64,000 bases of DNA from Acidobacteriota bacterium (GTDB lineage Bacteria; Acidobacteriota; UBA6911): contig OY761556.1 of the NCBI GenBank assembly GCA_963664705.1, positions 2,592,001-2,656,000 of the forward strand, in the 5' to 3' direction. Below are positions 1-8,333 of the stretch, piece after piece. The number at the start of each line of letters is the position of its first letter. The stretch's first letter is position 1. Made by a program: the position numbers and the translations under genes. The notes beneath the pieces were generated by a model. It was not told where the DNA came from. It searched no databases and worked only from the letters and a program-made list of their open reading frames with translations.

Positions 1-758
1 AAGCCCACGTTGTATTCGACCGATGTGAAGTTCATTTCCTCGATTTTGATCAATCCCTGATACACCTCAATCCTGAACGGCATCATCACGCCATTAACGC
101 TCCGGTAATCAGAAAACAAATAGCTGGCAATAAGCGGATACTTCTGGTCGCCAAAAAGCATTGTGTAAAATCCGCCGGTGTCAAATTCGAGACGGGTGAT
201 CAGCGATGTTGAATTATCGATATGATAACGCGTGATCTGTCCGGCCTCGTTGGTCGACTCGATGACGCGACTTAGCGAGCTTTCAGTGGCTGAATCGTGC
301 GGCGCGGGACCCAGATCGCGAAGCGCATATTTTTCTGCATTGGCGAACAGGCTTGAAGAAGATCGGGTCGTTTGGCTTTCAATGAGGAATTTCACACTTC
401 CGACGGCAGGAGCCGAAAAAGGCCCGGATGTTTGCCAATTCCTCTTTCCGTCAGATCCGATTCGGACAACAGTTTCATTTGCCTCCCTGCCGGTCACGAC
501 ACGCTGGACCATTTTGTTGTCTTTGACGGTCAGCGTGAAATCCGCAGGCCCGCCCACCATGCCGGTGATTGTGATTTTGCCGCTGCCTACCCAGTCGGCA
601 ATTGTCATTTTTCCCAATCCCTGGCCATGGGCCTGAGCAGCCTGATCAACTAATTTGATTGTCGAGCCTTGTTGGGCGTATACCTCACAAACGGCGAGAG
701 TGCATAGCAACCCTACAGCCATTAGATTCAGCACCGAGCCTTTTATCTTCCCCACCAT
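1..758 (-). CDS. Secreted LolA-like / outer-membrane lipoprotein-sorting-type protein; 3' end runs off the window
   Basis: Missing from the ORF track because it has no stop in the window. Manual translation from ATG 758: MVGKIKGSVLNLMAVGLLCTLAVCEVYAQQ... (signal peptide) to ...YLFSDYRSVNGVMMPFRIEVYQGLIKIEEMNFTSVEYNVG. GGGGAG RBS upstream. Confidence 0.7.
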   Translation of the reverse strand, partial: MVGKIKGSVLNLMAVGLLCTLAVCEVYAQQGSTIKLVDQAAQAHGQGLGKMTIADWVGSGKITITGMVGGPADFTLTVKDNKMVQRVVTGREANETVVRIGSDGKRNWQTSGPFSAPAVGSVKFLIESQTTRSSSSLFANAEKYALRDLGPAPHDSATESSLSRVIESTNEAGQITRYHIDNSTSLITRLEFDTGGFYTMLFGDQKYPLIASYLFSDYRSVNGVMMPFRIEVYQGLIKIEEMNFTSVEYNVG

Positions 759-774
759 TTTTTCTCCCCTCACG

Positions 775-2049
775 TTAGCGGCAAGCGTAGACAACTTCGT
801 TGGTATAAAAATACGCCCAGGCGGAATCATCAATAGAATCAAGTTGATTTCTAACCCTGACAATGACCCACGTTCCGGGATATGTACTGCAGTCCGCATA
901 GCTCGGGTATTGCCCCCAAGCATTTAGCGCTAATGGATATTCATAGCCGCCCCCCGGGGGGGTTGGATTGTTTATGAGGGCATAAACAGCTTGAGATTGT
1001 TCATTGCCCATTGTGAAGGTTTGCCAAGCCGGCAATTGCAACGGATTGGGCGAGTCCGTCGCACTTGTGGGTTTTGGCGGCCTTTCCAGAAAAGTCGGCT
1101 GCGGAGACAAATAAACCCAATCGTCTCGCATTGTGTTTTTAATTGCGATAAACACGCTCGTCCCAGGAGTATCCGACTGGACTAACTGCCGGAACATCTG
1201 TCCGCCCGCATTCATTTGACCCAGAGTCGTCTGATAGGAAGACGACGATCCTGCCAGAGGATAAAATGTGGCCCATACATCTATGGACATGTTGGCGCCG
1301 TTGCCTACGGTCACCGTAAATGAATCATTGCCGGCAAATCCGCTATTCGGACTGAAAGTCATGGACGTGGGTTGCGGGTAGCTGAACTGGTATACAAACA
1401 GCGATTGACCCGCAATTATAGGAAAACCATACCGGTCTCCGCCACGATTGCCGCCCACAGTGTATCCGACAGTCCCATTTCCATTCCCTGCACCAGGAGG
1501 AGTTATCGTAATCCACGAATTCCCGCCATTGGATGCCGTCCAACTGCATCCAGCCGTAGCATAAACATTGAAGGTTCCGCTCCCACCGCCGACTCCAATG
1601 TATGCGTATGTTGGCGATATGCTGAAGGAACAGCCGGAGTCCTGACTGACTGTAAATGTCTGCCCGCCAATTGTAATCGTCCCATTTCTCGCCGGGCCGG
1701 TATTTTGGGTAACCGCATAAACTACCGTACCATTGCCGGAGCCATTTGAACCGGAGGTGACCGTGAGCCATGAAGTATTGTTACTCACTGCAGTCCAGCC
1801 ACAACCCGCAGGCGCCGTGACAGTGACGCTACTACTTCCGCTGCCCGAGCCGATATTTGCAGCTGTCGGACTGATCTGATAGCTGCAAGTAACCTGTTGC
1901 GTTTCCAACGCAATCACCTGCTGGCCCATATAGACGTAGTCCTTCATCGTTTGTGTTTGGCTCCGGGCATGAGCGGACAGAAGCAAAATACTTATGCATG
2001 AGATTATTCCAACATGCAGCTTGATCGCCCTACAATGCCGTCTCTGCAT
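775..2049 (-). CDS. Secreted protein with two BACON-type domains and a duplicated C-terminal module
   Basis: Two repeats of C[ST][YF]xISPT...VTAxAGCxWTA.SN..W.T.T...GxGNGTVxYxV..N.G..R. Hydrophobic signal peptide. Start uncertain (ORF open to 2091). Confidence 0.8.
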   Translation of the reverse strand: MQRRHCRAIKLHVGIISCISILLLSAHARSQTQTMKDYVYMGQQVIALETQQVTCSYQISPTAANIGSGSGSSSVTVTAPAGCGWTAVSNNTSWLTVTSGSNGSGNGTVVYAVTQNTGPARNGTITIGGQTFTVSQDSGCSFSISPTYAYIGVGGGSGTFNVYATAGCSWTASNGGNSWITITPPGAGNGNGTVGYTVGGNRGGDRYGFPIIAGQSLFVYQFSYPQPTSMTFSPNSGFAGNDSFTVTVGNGANMSIDVWATFYPLAGSSSSYQTTLGQMNAGGQMFRQLVQSDTPGTSVFIAIKNTMRDDWVYLSPQPTFLERPPKPTSATDSPNPLQLPAWQTFTMGNEQSQAVYALINNPTPPGGGYEYPLALNAWGQYPSYADCSTYPGTWVIVRVRNQLDSIDDSAWAYFYTNEVVYACR

Positions 2050-2263
2050 TGCACACCTCACGAATTTCTTGTATTTGGAATTTGACTGCAACCACCCATT
2101 TCCCCGCCAGCTTCGCTTGTGCCGTCATTGAGGGATGCTCTCTTTTTTTGGATTTTCTATGACCGCGAGAATAAGTAGATTCTGCTTGAATGACAACGAC
2201 GAAAAGGATTGATTTTGGATCTAGATCCTTTCTCCACATTTTCGATATCATATATCATATTTC

Positions 2264-2872
2264 CTATACGTTGATATCCGGCTTGATCCCCGATGCCTTG
2301 TATTTTTCCAAATGAGAGCGCTTTCGCAATCCAAGCTTCCTCAATATCTGATGAACGTGGGTTTTCACCGTACTTATACTGATATTGAGGTTCTGTGCAA
2401 TTTCTTTGTTTGCTTGATTTTCCGAGATCAGGCAAGCGATCTGTCGTTCTCTGTTCGTGAGCAATGCATCTTCAGATTCCGCTCCTTTCTTCCCTTCCTC
2501 TTCAGAGCAGATTCCGGCCATCGCGGTTTGTATTTGAGTCGAATTCGATTGGGAAAATTCGGCCGAAACGCTACGCGCAATTGGCGCATTGCGCGAATTG
2601 CGCCAATTGCGCGTAGAACCTTCGGAGATATATCGCTTCACAGCAGGAAGATAAACCTGGTACTTTTTGCCAGTCCGGATCGCCAGAGCAAAGCGCTTTT
2701 TTATCCATAGCTGGAGCGTTCTGCGGCGAATTCCGAGAATATCGGCAGCTAAGGCGGTTGAAGCAAATAGAAGTTTCCTCTGATCCGGTTCAAGAGACAG
2801 ATAAAGATTCTGCAATTCCTGCGTATTTTTCGGATGTAATTCTCTGTTGAATGGAATGATGCGGGCTGTCAC
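2264..2872 (-). CDS. DNA-binding protein: N-terminal excisionase-like HTH fused to a C-terminal LuxR-type HTH
   Basis: STALAADILGIRRRTLQLWIK (HTH_17-like) and LTNRERQIACLISENQANKEIAQNLNISISTVKTHVHQILRKLG (GerE/LuxR). GTG 2872 follows a GGAGG RBS. Confidence 0.8.
   Translation of the reverse strand: MTARIIPFNRELHPKNTQELQNLYLSLEPDQRKLLFASTALAADILGIRRRTLQLWIKKRFALAIRTGKKYQVYLPAVKRYISEGSTRNWRNSRNAPIARSVSAEFSQSNSTQIQTAMAGICSEEEGKKGAESEDALLTNRERQIACLISENQANKEIAQNLNISISTVKTHVHQILRKLGLRKRSHLEKYKASGIKPDINV
2571..2616. repeat. Perfect 18-bp inverted repeat with 10-nt spacer, inside the HTH-LuxR gene
   Basis: CTACGCGCAATTGGCGCA (2571-2588) / TGCGCCAATTGCGCGTAG (2599-2616). Confidence 0.9.
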
Positions 2873-3257
2873 GATGTAAACCTCCATGCAGAATGATCCT
2901 GCCACAGCGGTTTTTTGAGTACTGAGGGATTCTTTTACCAAGAACGCAAAATGGAGGAATTCGCCTACCAGAAAATAGACAAATATTCATTTTTCTCAAT
3001 TTCCAGTTGGCTCACGAATTTGCGCAGCCGTTTCGGAGGTTCCGATTTGATGGAGGTCTTTGTCCAGCAGCTTGCAGGAAAATTTATAGAAATGCAGCTG
3101 CACCCGTGAGCCAGAAGATGTATTGCCAGTTGTATGAAATCAGGCAAGGGGCGGCGGGCGCATGCCACGAGGTGGCAAAATAGACGCGGGTTTCCGGCAG
3201 GCATTGCCGTTCAGATCGACAAGTAATCTGCCTTCAGAAGCCGGCACCGATCCCTGC

Positions 3258-3467
3258 TTACGGCAATCGCTTATGCAGTTCTACCACGATTCGCTCGATT
3301 TCATGTCGCGCGATGCGTTTATGCCCGCCGGGAAGGATTATATGGCTGATGCGCCCCCTTTTTATCCAGCCATAAATCGTTCTTGAAGACTTTAACCCCA
3401 GAATCCTTGCAACCTCGTCCACTCGAAAAAGCTCTTTCTTGGGAAGGTCAATTGCAGCTGACGTCAT
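3258..3467 (-). CDS. Phage excisionase-like helix-turn-helix DNA-binding protein
   Basis: LPKKELFRVDEVARILGLKSSRTIYGWIKRGRI...GGHKRIARHEIERI. GAGGGAG RBS before ATG 3467. Confidence 0.85.
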   Translation of the reverse strand: MTSAAIDLPKKELFRVDEVARILGLKSSRTIYGWIKRGRISHIILPGGHKRIARHEIERIVVELHKRLP

Positions 3468-3509
3468 TTTGCTCCCTCGAATTTTTCCGTGATTATCTGT
3501 CATGTCAGT

Positions 3510-3801
3510 TCAGTCCCGCCCTCGGAATTTCACCATCAGGTCATCTGCGCCGAAGATCCTAATTGTGTTATTGCCGCCGCGGAGCGCTAAACACCAGTCC
3601 TTAAAGGACATCCATGGCGGGCAGAAGGCCTTGATGAACTTGTCTTCTTCCCTTCTTCAGATCAGCTAACAGCGCCGGTACGCAATTGGGACAGACGGCC
3701 TTCGAGCCGAACAGGAAACCGCCCGAGTCGGTCCTGTTTGTAAAGTCCGCCGAGCACCAGTCACATATCACCTGGTTGCCGATGTCTATCGTCTCAATCA
3801 T
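3510..3801 (-). pseudogene. Frameshifted small phage zinc-finger protein (CxxC...CxxC)
   Basis: Frame 1 gives VICDWC...AVCPNC. After ...CTGAAGAAGG a second frame continues EEDKFIKAFCPPWMSFKDWCLALRGGNNTIRIF to TGA at 3510-3512, filling the gap to the next gene. Confidence 0.55.
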
Positions 3802-4446
3802 TCACTTCTTCTCCTCAAGGTCAGGCATGGACATCTTCTCCGTCAGCAGCTTGACGCTCGCATCCATCTCCGGCAATTCCTCAACTTTCGGGATTGGGAG
3901 CGCCTTCACGCTGCCGTCCTCCGCAATGAATTTCGTGGGCGGCACAAAGCCGAGATATCCGCAGCTCCTGTTCGCAGTCTCGTGAATCCCCGGCAAGCGC
4001 TCGTGCATTTCCATCCCACGCGCACTGTAGAGGTCGTAAAGCTTCTCGAACTCCTTCTGAGTCCATGGGGCCTCCGAATCCATCTGGCCGGACAGCCAAA
4101 CCCAACCGCCCATGTCTTTGATCACCCGGTTGATCGTGCCATCCGCAAACTGCACGCTATCGTAGGTGTTGTATTTCACGAGAGTCCGCTGTACCTCTGC
4201 CCACGCTATTTGTCCGGTTTTCTTCGGTTGGCAGGCATGCCGCCTGATGTCTGCCGGTTTCGGCATATAGCTGCCGGCCACCGGATCCTTTAGGTGCATC
4301 TGCAATCCCTTTTCAACCTGGCTCAGTTCCAGATCTCTCAAGGCAAGCCAATACAGATCGATAACTGGCTTGCTGATTTCTTTCTCGTAGATCAGGCCGA
4401 TTCCGAGAATTCGGGTCCCGAACTCAGTCTTCTGGCTGTCCTTCAT
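3802..4446 (-). CDS. DUF6475-like phage replication-associated protein
   Basis: YMPKPADIR, AWAEV...YDSVQFAD..I..VIKDMGGW..L...PWTQKEFEKLY. Overlaps the upstream replication gene. Confidence 0.75.
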   Translation of the reverse strand: MKDSQKTEFGTRILGIGLIYEKEISKPVIDLYWLALRDLELSQVEKGLQMHLKDPVAGSYMPKPADIRRHACQPKKTGQIAWAEVQRTLVKYNTYDSVQFADGTINRVIKDMGGWVWLSGQMDSEAPWTQKEFEKLYDLYSARGMEMHERLPGIHETANRSCGYLGFVPPTKFIAEDGSVKALPIPKVEELPEMDASVKLLTEKMSMPDLEEKK

Positions 4447-5248
4447 GCGCGTGCTGCTCCTCCACTAATTGCTGGTAGACCGCCCGGGCATTTGCCTCTC
4501 TCTGCTGTGCCGGGGTCAGCCTCTGCCCGGGAAGGGGCTTCCCCCCGCTCGGCGGCGCAGGTTTCGGCGGCGGATCGTCTTCCCACCTCCGCTGATTGAG
4601 CCAGGTAGCCGGGTGAGGGATTTTGCTCTTGTCTTGCCACTGCTCGGATTCGCACGCAAGCTTGAGCCACGCGATCATCGTGGAAACCAGCCGCGCATCC
4701 GGGCGGACTTTCATGAACACCTTCCATGCGTTCTGCTTCGCCTCCTTGCGCGGGTATGCCTCCCAGAAAAGGGAAAACATTTCCTCCGATTTCTCCTTTC
4801 CCACGGGCTCCCCTTCATTTTCAGAATTACAATCAGAGTTAGAGTCAAATAAAGAGTTACATACTGAGGGGTTGCGACATTGCGGTGACGACTCCGTTAC
4901 GTCAGGTCCATCCCGATAACGTCGCTGTCGCCTTCTGTTGCATTCACGCTGTTTAGCTTCCCTCTGCATGCGTCTGTTGATCAGCGTTATGCGATCTTCG
5001 CGGATCAACACGATTGCAGTTCCGGTGGTTTTGAGGTCATGGACAGAGGCCATGAGGGAGGGTCCGTCGCAGCGCAGGAGACGCGTCAGTTGCTCAATCG
5101 TCCCCGCGATGACGCCGGATCGTCCGTCTTCATGCATGACGGCTATCGCATCAGCCCAGATACCACGGGTTGCGGGTTGGCACATCGACAGCTTTGGGTC
5201 CTTCAACCAATCGCCGGTGTTGAACTGCATCCAGAAGAGCTTGGTCAT
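4424..5248 (-). CDS. Phage replication initiator / replisome organiser
   Basis: N-terminal WMQFNTGDWLKDPKLSMC...RGIW and C-terminal FSLFWEAYPRKEAK...IPHPATWLNQRRWED. Confidence 0.85.
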   Translation of the reverse strand: MTKLFWMQFNTGDWLKDPKLSMCQPATRGIWADAIAVMHEDGRSGVIAGTIEQLTRLLRCDGPSLMASVHDLKTTGTAIVLIREDRITLINRRMQREAKQRECNRRRQRRYRDGPDVTESSPQCRNPSVCNSLFDSNSDCNSENEGEPVGKEKSEEMFSLFWEAYPRKEAKQNAWKVFMKVRPDARLVSTMIAWLKLACESEQWQDKSKIPHPATWLNQRRWEDDPPPKPAPPSGGKPLPGQRLTPAQQREANARAVYQQLVEEQHAHEGQPED

Positions 5249-5670
5249 TTCATGCTTCCTGGAATGTGTCTGCTTAAATTGGTGAGCAGGTACGAAAATG
5301 ATTCGGAAATGTCGTAAAAGGTATGGTCATAATCCCCGTCGGGGAAACATTCGCTCATCAAATCGTCGGCGGAATCGATCATGGCTTTGGCTTTTTTGAG
5401 CCTAGCTATTCCCTCGGAAATAACGGCTACACGATAGGCCGCCGGATCGTGGTCTGATTTACCTGACAGGAACTTGTGGCATCCCTCGCATAGTCCGAGG
5501 AGGTCTTCCAGCCTCTCATGTCCGATGCGTTCGTAGGTCAGATGGTGCGTCACATCATGGGCGCCGACCTTGCACCGTTCGCATATATTTTCCGAACGCC
5601 GTCTGACTTGCTCTTTCAATACGGCCCATTCCCGGCTTGCCAGGTACTTCTGATAGTCCATCCTATCCAC
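5245..5670 (-). CDS. Phage HNH-endonuclease-like protein
   Basis: YLASREW..LK..V..R....CERC......HHLTYERIGHERLEDLLGLCEGCH. GGGGA RBS; ATGA overlap with the next gene. Confidence 0.85.
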   Translation of the reverse strand: MDRMDYQKYLASREWAVLKEQVRRRSENICERCKVGAHDVTHHLTYERIGHERLEDLLGLCEGCHKFLSGKSDHDPAAYRVAVISEGIARLKKAKAMIDSADDLMSECFPDGDYDHTFYDISESFSYLLTNLSRHIPGSMK

Positions 5671-5995
5671 TAAAAGATTCCCCCTATTCCTCTATTTAGT
5701 GCCGCATTAGACAGAAACCATGAGGTTTGCCATCGTATCCGGCTGCTACCTTTTGGTCCGCCTACTGTCTCTCTGAGCAACTGCCGATAGCGGCCCGGTG
5801 CCTTTTGCCGCAAGCGGGTCAGTCACAGGTCGACTGTGGTAATACTGTGGGGACCCTATCGGTTCCCTGCGGGGTCAGCCGGGGTCAGGCGAGGCCACCC
5901 ACATTCGGCCTAATCTATTGTTTTATTAGTATTTACGCGGAAATACAGAAATGAGTTGCAAATGCGGAAATGCTGGTTTTGGCGGGGGGAAACAA

Positions 5996-6055
5996 ACTCG
6001 AAATCGAGTTAGGGACCAAAAGTCTCTACGTGGGTTCGAATCCCACCCTCTCCGC
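5996..6055 (+). other. 3' half of tRNA-Ser(CGA), probable att site (not an intact tRNA)
   Basis: CTCGAAA anticodon loop, TCGAG 3' stem strand, long variable arm TAGGGAC-CAAAA-GTCTCTA, T-arm GTGGG-TTCGAAT-CCCAC, acceptor strand CCTCTCC-G. No 5' acceptor strand or D-arm upstream. Confidence 0.85.
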
Positions 6056-6106
6056 TCTCCAATCTTTTGCTGCAGATTTTGTACCCGTTGATGCTCTTGT
6101 AAGCTT

Positions 6107-7072
6107 TCATTCCGCAAAAACGCTGGCAGATCCGGACATGACCTGCGCTGCGGCGCCCCCAGCCGATATGCTGGATCCTACCGTTGCAACCGGTTTTGTT
6201 CCCTTATTGAGCTTGATCGTCGGGGCTTTGATCTCCATTACACCGGATGCCGCAAACTGGCCGACAGCCGCTTCTATGCTCGTGACACTGTCTGATTTAA
6301 GGCTGAGGCTCGCGCTCTGTATCGAGGCGGCCGCACTGCTGCGCATCCTCAGATTCACGCCTGAGGTCAGCTCCAAATCCGAACCTCCCTTGATCTTTGT
6401 TGCAGCGCCCGCGTTCACCGTCAGATTTTTCGCGGCACTGATTTCAACATCCATTCCTGAAATTTTTATTACCTGGGAAAGCATGGCAACCTGCTGCTGT
6501 GTCTGGTTCAGCTTCTGCTCCAGCGCTTTGATCTGTGCCTGCAGGTCACTAATCGGCTCCGAACTGCCGACGGCTTCAGTTTTGGCTTCGGTTTTGAAGA
6601 CGTTCGTCGGGAGGGCTATGTTTCGTGACAATCCCGTTTTCTCAACAACAGTGAGCCATATCAGACCATTCCCCTTTTCAGCCTGAGCCCAGTACTCCTT
6701 GCCGTTCTTTACAATTTTCCCGTTCACGAACCGCCTATTGTCCATGAAGAGAATCGTGCCCCCAAGGTCCTTGATGGCGCTCTCATAATTGCGCGTCATA
6801 GCGAGGCCGCTTGTCTCTCTTGCGCGATCCTCCGCTCTGTAGGTCAGCCTGGTGCAGCGCCCTTCAATATACAACTTCTCCCTCTTGCCGGTCTCCAAAT
6901 TGAAAGCGTCAAGGTCCTTGGTATCACAGGCTGAAATGCTGTATCCCGGCATCCGGACCGGGAACAGTGGATGGTCCACGCATTCCCTTCTGTCAGGCAG
7001 TGCGGCACACACAAAGCCGAGGGCGGCTAGAAATACAGCAACCAGGACTATAACGCTTTTAATATCTTTCAC
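6107..7072 (-). CDS. Secreted protein: OmpA-associated (DUF4892-like) N-domain, coiled coil, and gp5/gpV-spike-like beta-repeat C-terminus
   Basis: Signal peptide; DHPLFPVRMPGYSI...RNYESAIKDLGG; ISDLQAQIKALEQKL; about 8-aa periodic repeats ending IKLNKGTKPVATVGS...GSASVFAE. AAAGGA RBS. Confidence 0.7.
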   Translation of the reverse strand: MKDIKSVIVLVAVFLAALGFVCAALPDRRECVDHPLFPVRMPGYSISACDTKDLDAFNLETGKREKLYIEGRCTRLTYRAEDRARETSGLAMTRNYESAIKDLGGTILFMDNRRFVNGKIVKNGKEYWAQAEKGNGLIWLTVVEKTGLSRNIALPTNVFKTEAKTEAVGSSEPISDLQAQIKALEQKLNQTQQQVAMLSQVIKISGMDVEISAAKNLTVNAGAATKIKGGSDLELTSGVNLRMRSSAAASIQSASLSLKSDSVTSIEAAVGQFAASGVMEIKAPTIKLNKGTKPVATVGSSISAGGAAAQVMSGSASVFAE

Positions 7073-7111
7073 TGGAACATCCTTTCACAAGTTGAGAAGA
7101 TGAGCGCGGAA

Positions 7112-7220
7112 ACCCCGAAGGCAGATCGTAGCCAGGGTTCGCTTTGCTCACGCCCGGAAAGATACAGCGGCCGGAGAGCCCTGAACGGGAGAAAGATTTC
7201 TTTCACTCCTTCAGGGGCTC
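7112..7220. repeat. Degenerate REP/BIME-like palindromic element
   Basis: TAGCCAGGGTTCGCTTTGCTCAC followed by the hairpin GAGCCCTGAA-CGGGAGAAAGA...TCTTTCACTCC-TTCAGGGGCTC. Confidence 0.5.
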
Positions 7221-7241
7221 ATTACATGCTGATCGTCCCCT

Positions 7242-7271
7242 TTGACAGTGCAAATATATAATAAATATCAT
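7242..7271 (+). promoter_or_regulatory. Putative sigma70 promoter upstream of the AOR operon
   Basis: TTGACA-N18-TATCAT in an AT-rich intergenic region. Confidence 0.45.
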
Positions 7272-7632
7272 TTACACAGACTTGGCCTTGATAATCCCTC
7301 ATTTTGCCCCACATTTTTCTCAAAGCAGATGGCTACGTTTTAGCCGCCCCGTAATATCCAATAGGTTTTAAAAATGGCAAGGCTTGCCAGCATTTAAACT
7401 CAGTACTCGTTTCTGCATGGAAACCGGCCTCGACAATATTTACTCAAGACAGCGTAGAGACAACCCCCGGGTGCATTCCGGACTGAAGGCTATCGGGCCA
7501 GATTTCACCCTGCAGACAGGCCAGAGATGCGCCAGCAATGGCCGAAATCCCACAAAACTGTGCTAGACTGACCCGAATTTATCTCATCCCGCTTGAGGCA
7601 AATTCGTCAATCCACTAAAGAGGAATGAAGTC

Positions 7633-8328
7633 ATGGATGAATCGAAAATGAGTACTAACAAAGAAAAGAAAGTTTTGCGACGCGATTTTTTGACAGGCAG
7701 CGGAACTGTACTGGCTGCAGGGGCGTTAGCTGTTTGCGCAACAGAGTCCGTCTCAACAGTACTGGCAAAGGAAACGATAGAACCCTCCAAAGGCTATATT
7801 GTCTACGACAGCCGGCTTTGCTTCGGCTGCCAGAGCTGCATGTATGCCTGCTCCATGACACACGACGGCGAAGGAAATCCTTCACTTTCGAGAATACAAA
7901 TCATCCGGGATGCTCCTTCGTTTACAAAATATCCGAATGATATTGTTATGTCTCTCTGCCGTCAGTGCCTTTCACCGCTTTGCGTAGAAAACTGCCCCAC
8001 CGGCGCCTGTCATGTGGATGCGGCGCACGGTAATGTCCGAAGAATCGATCAGGACAAATGTATCGGCTGCACGCGCTGCATCCAATTTTGTCCGCAAAGA
8101 CCGCATCGGACGGTATGGAACCCGATTAAAAATAAATCCAGCAAATGCGATCTTTGCACGGATGCTCCCTACTGGAGCAACAAGGGCGGCTTCGAAGGAA
8201 AACAGGCATGCGTTGAAATCTGCCCGGCTAAAGCACTGAAGCTGGTGAACACGCCGCCTTCCCAAACCGATGTCTCCGGCTACGATGTGAATCTGGCCCC
8301 AGCCCCCAAACCGGCGAGAGGAGTATAG
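7633..8328 (+). CDS. Tat-exported 4Fe-4S ferredoxin-type (DmsB/HybA-like) subunit of the AOR
   Basis: LRRDFL twin-arginine signal; CFGCQSCMYAC, CRQCLSPLCVENCP, CIGCTRCIQFCP, KCDLC...ACVEICP. Lies 5 nt upstream of the AOR. Confidence 0.92.
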   Translation: MDESKMSTNKEKKVLRRDFLTGSGTVLAAGALAVCATESVSTVLAKETIEPSKGYIVYDSRLCFGCQSCMYACSMTHDGEGNPSLSRIQIIRDAPSFTKYPNDIVMSLCRQCLSPLCVENCPTGACHVDAAHGNVRRIDQDKCIGCTRCIQFCPQRPHRTVWNPIKNKSSKCDLCTDAPYWSNKGGFEGKQACVEICPAKALKLVNTPPSQTDVSGYDVNLAPAPKPARGV

Positions 8329-8333
8329 AATTT

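Larger units (their letters stand above)
1..6055. mobile_element. Right end of an integrated prophage-like element / genomic island inserted at tRNA-Ser(CGA); extends left beyond the window
   Basis: Co-oriented phage-type HNH, replication, DUF6475-like and HTH genes, ending at a tRNA 3'-half duplication (5996-6055). No integrase in the window. Confidence 0.7.

Noticed and set aside
2965-3204. 79-aa ORF in the phage region
   Set aside because: No recognisable motif or RBS; may be regulatory DNA.
4820-4870. AGAGTT-like repeats as replication-origin iterons inside the initiator gene
   Set aside because: The position is plausible, but the repeats are short and irregular and could reflect the low-complexity linker.
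5960-6060. Intact tRNA gene, or tRNA-Sec given the selenoproteins
   Set aside because: The 5' acceptor strand and D-arm are missing, and the anticodon reads CGA (Ser), not TCA.
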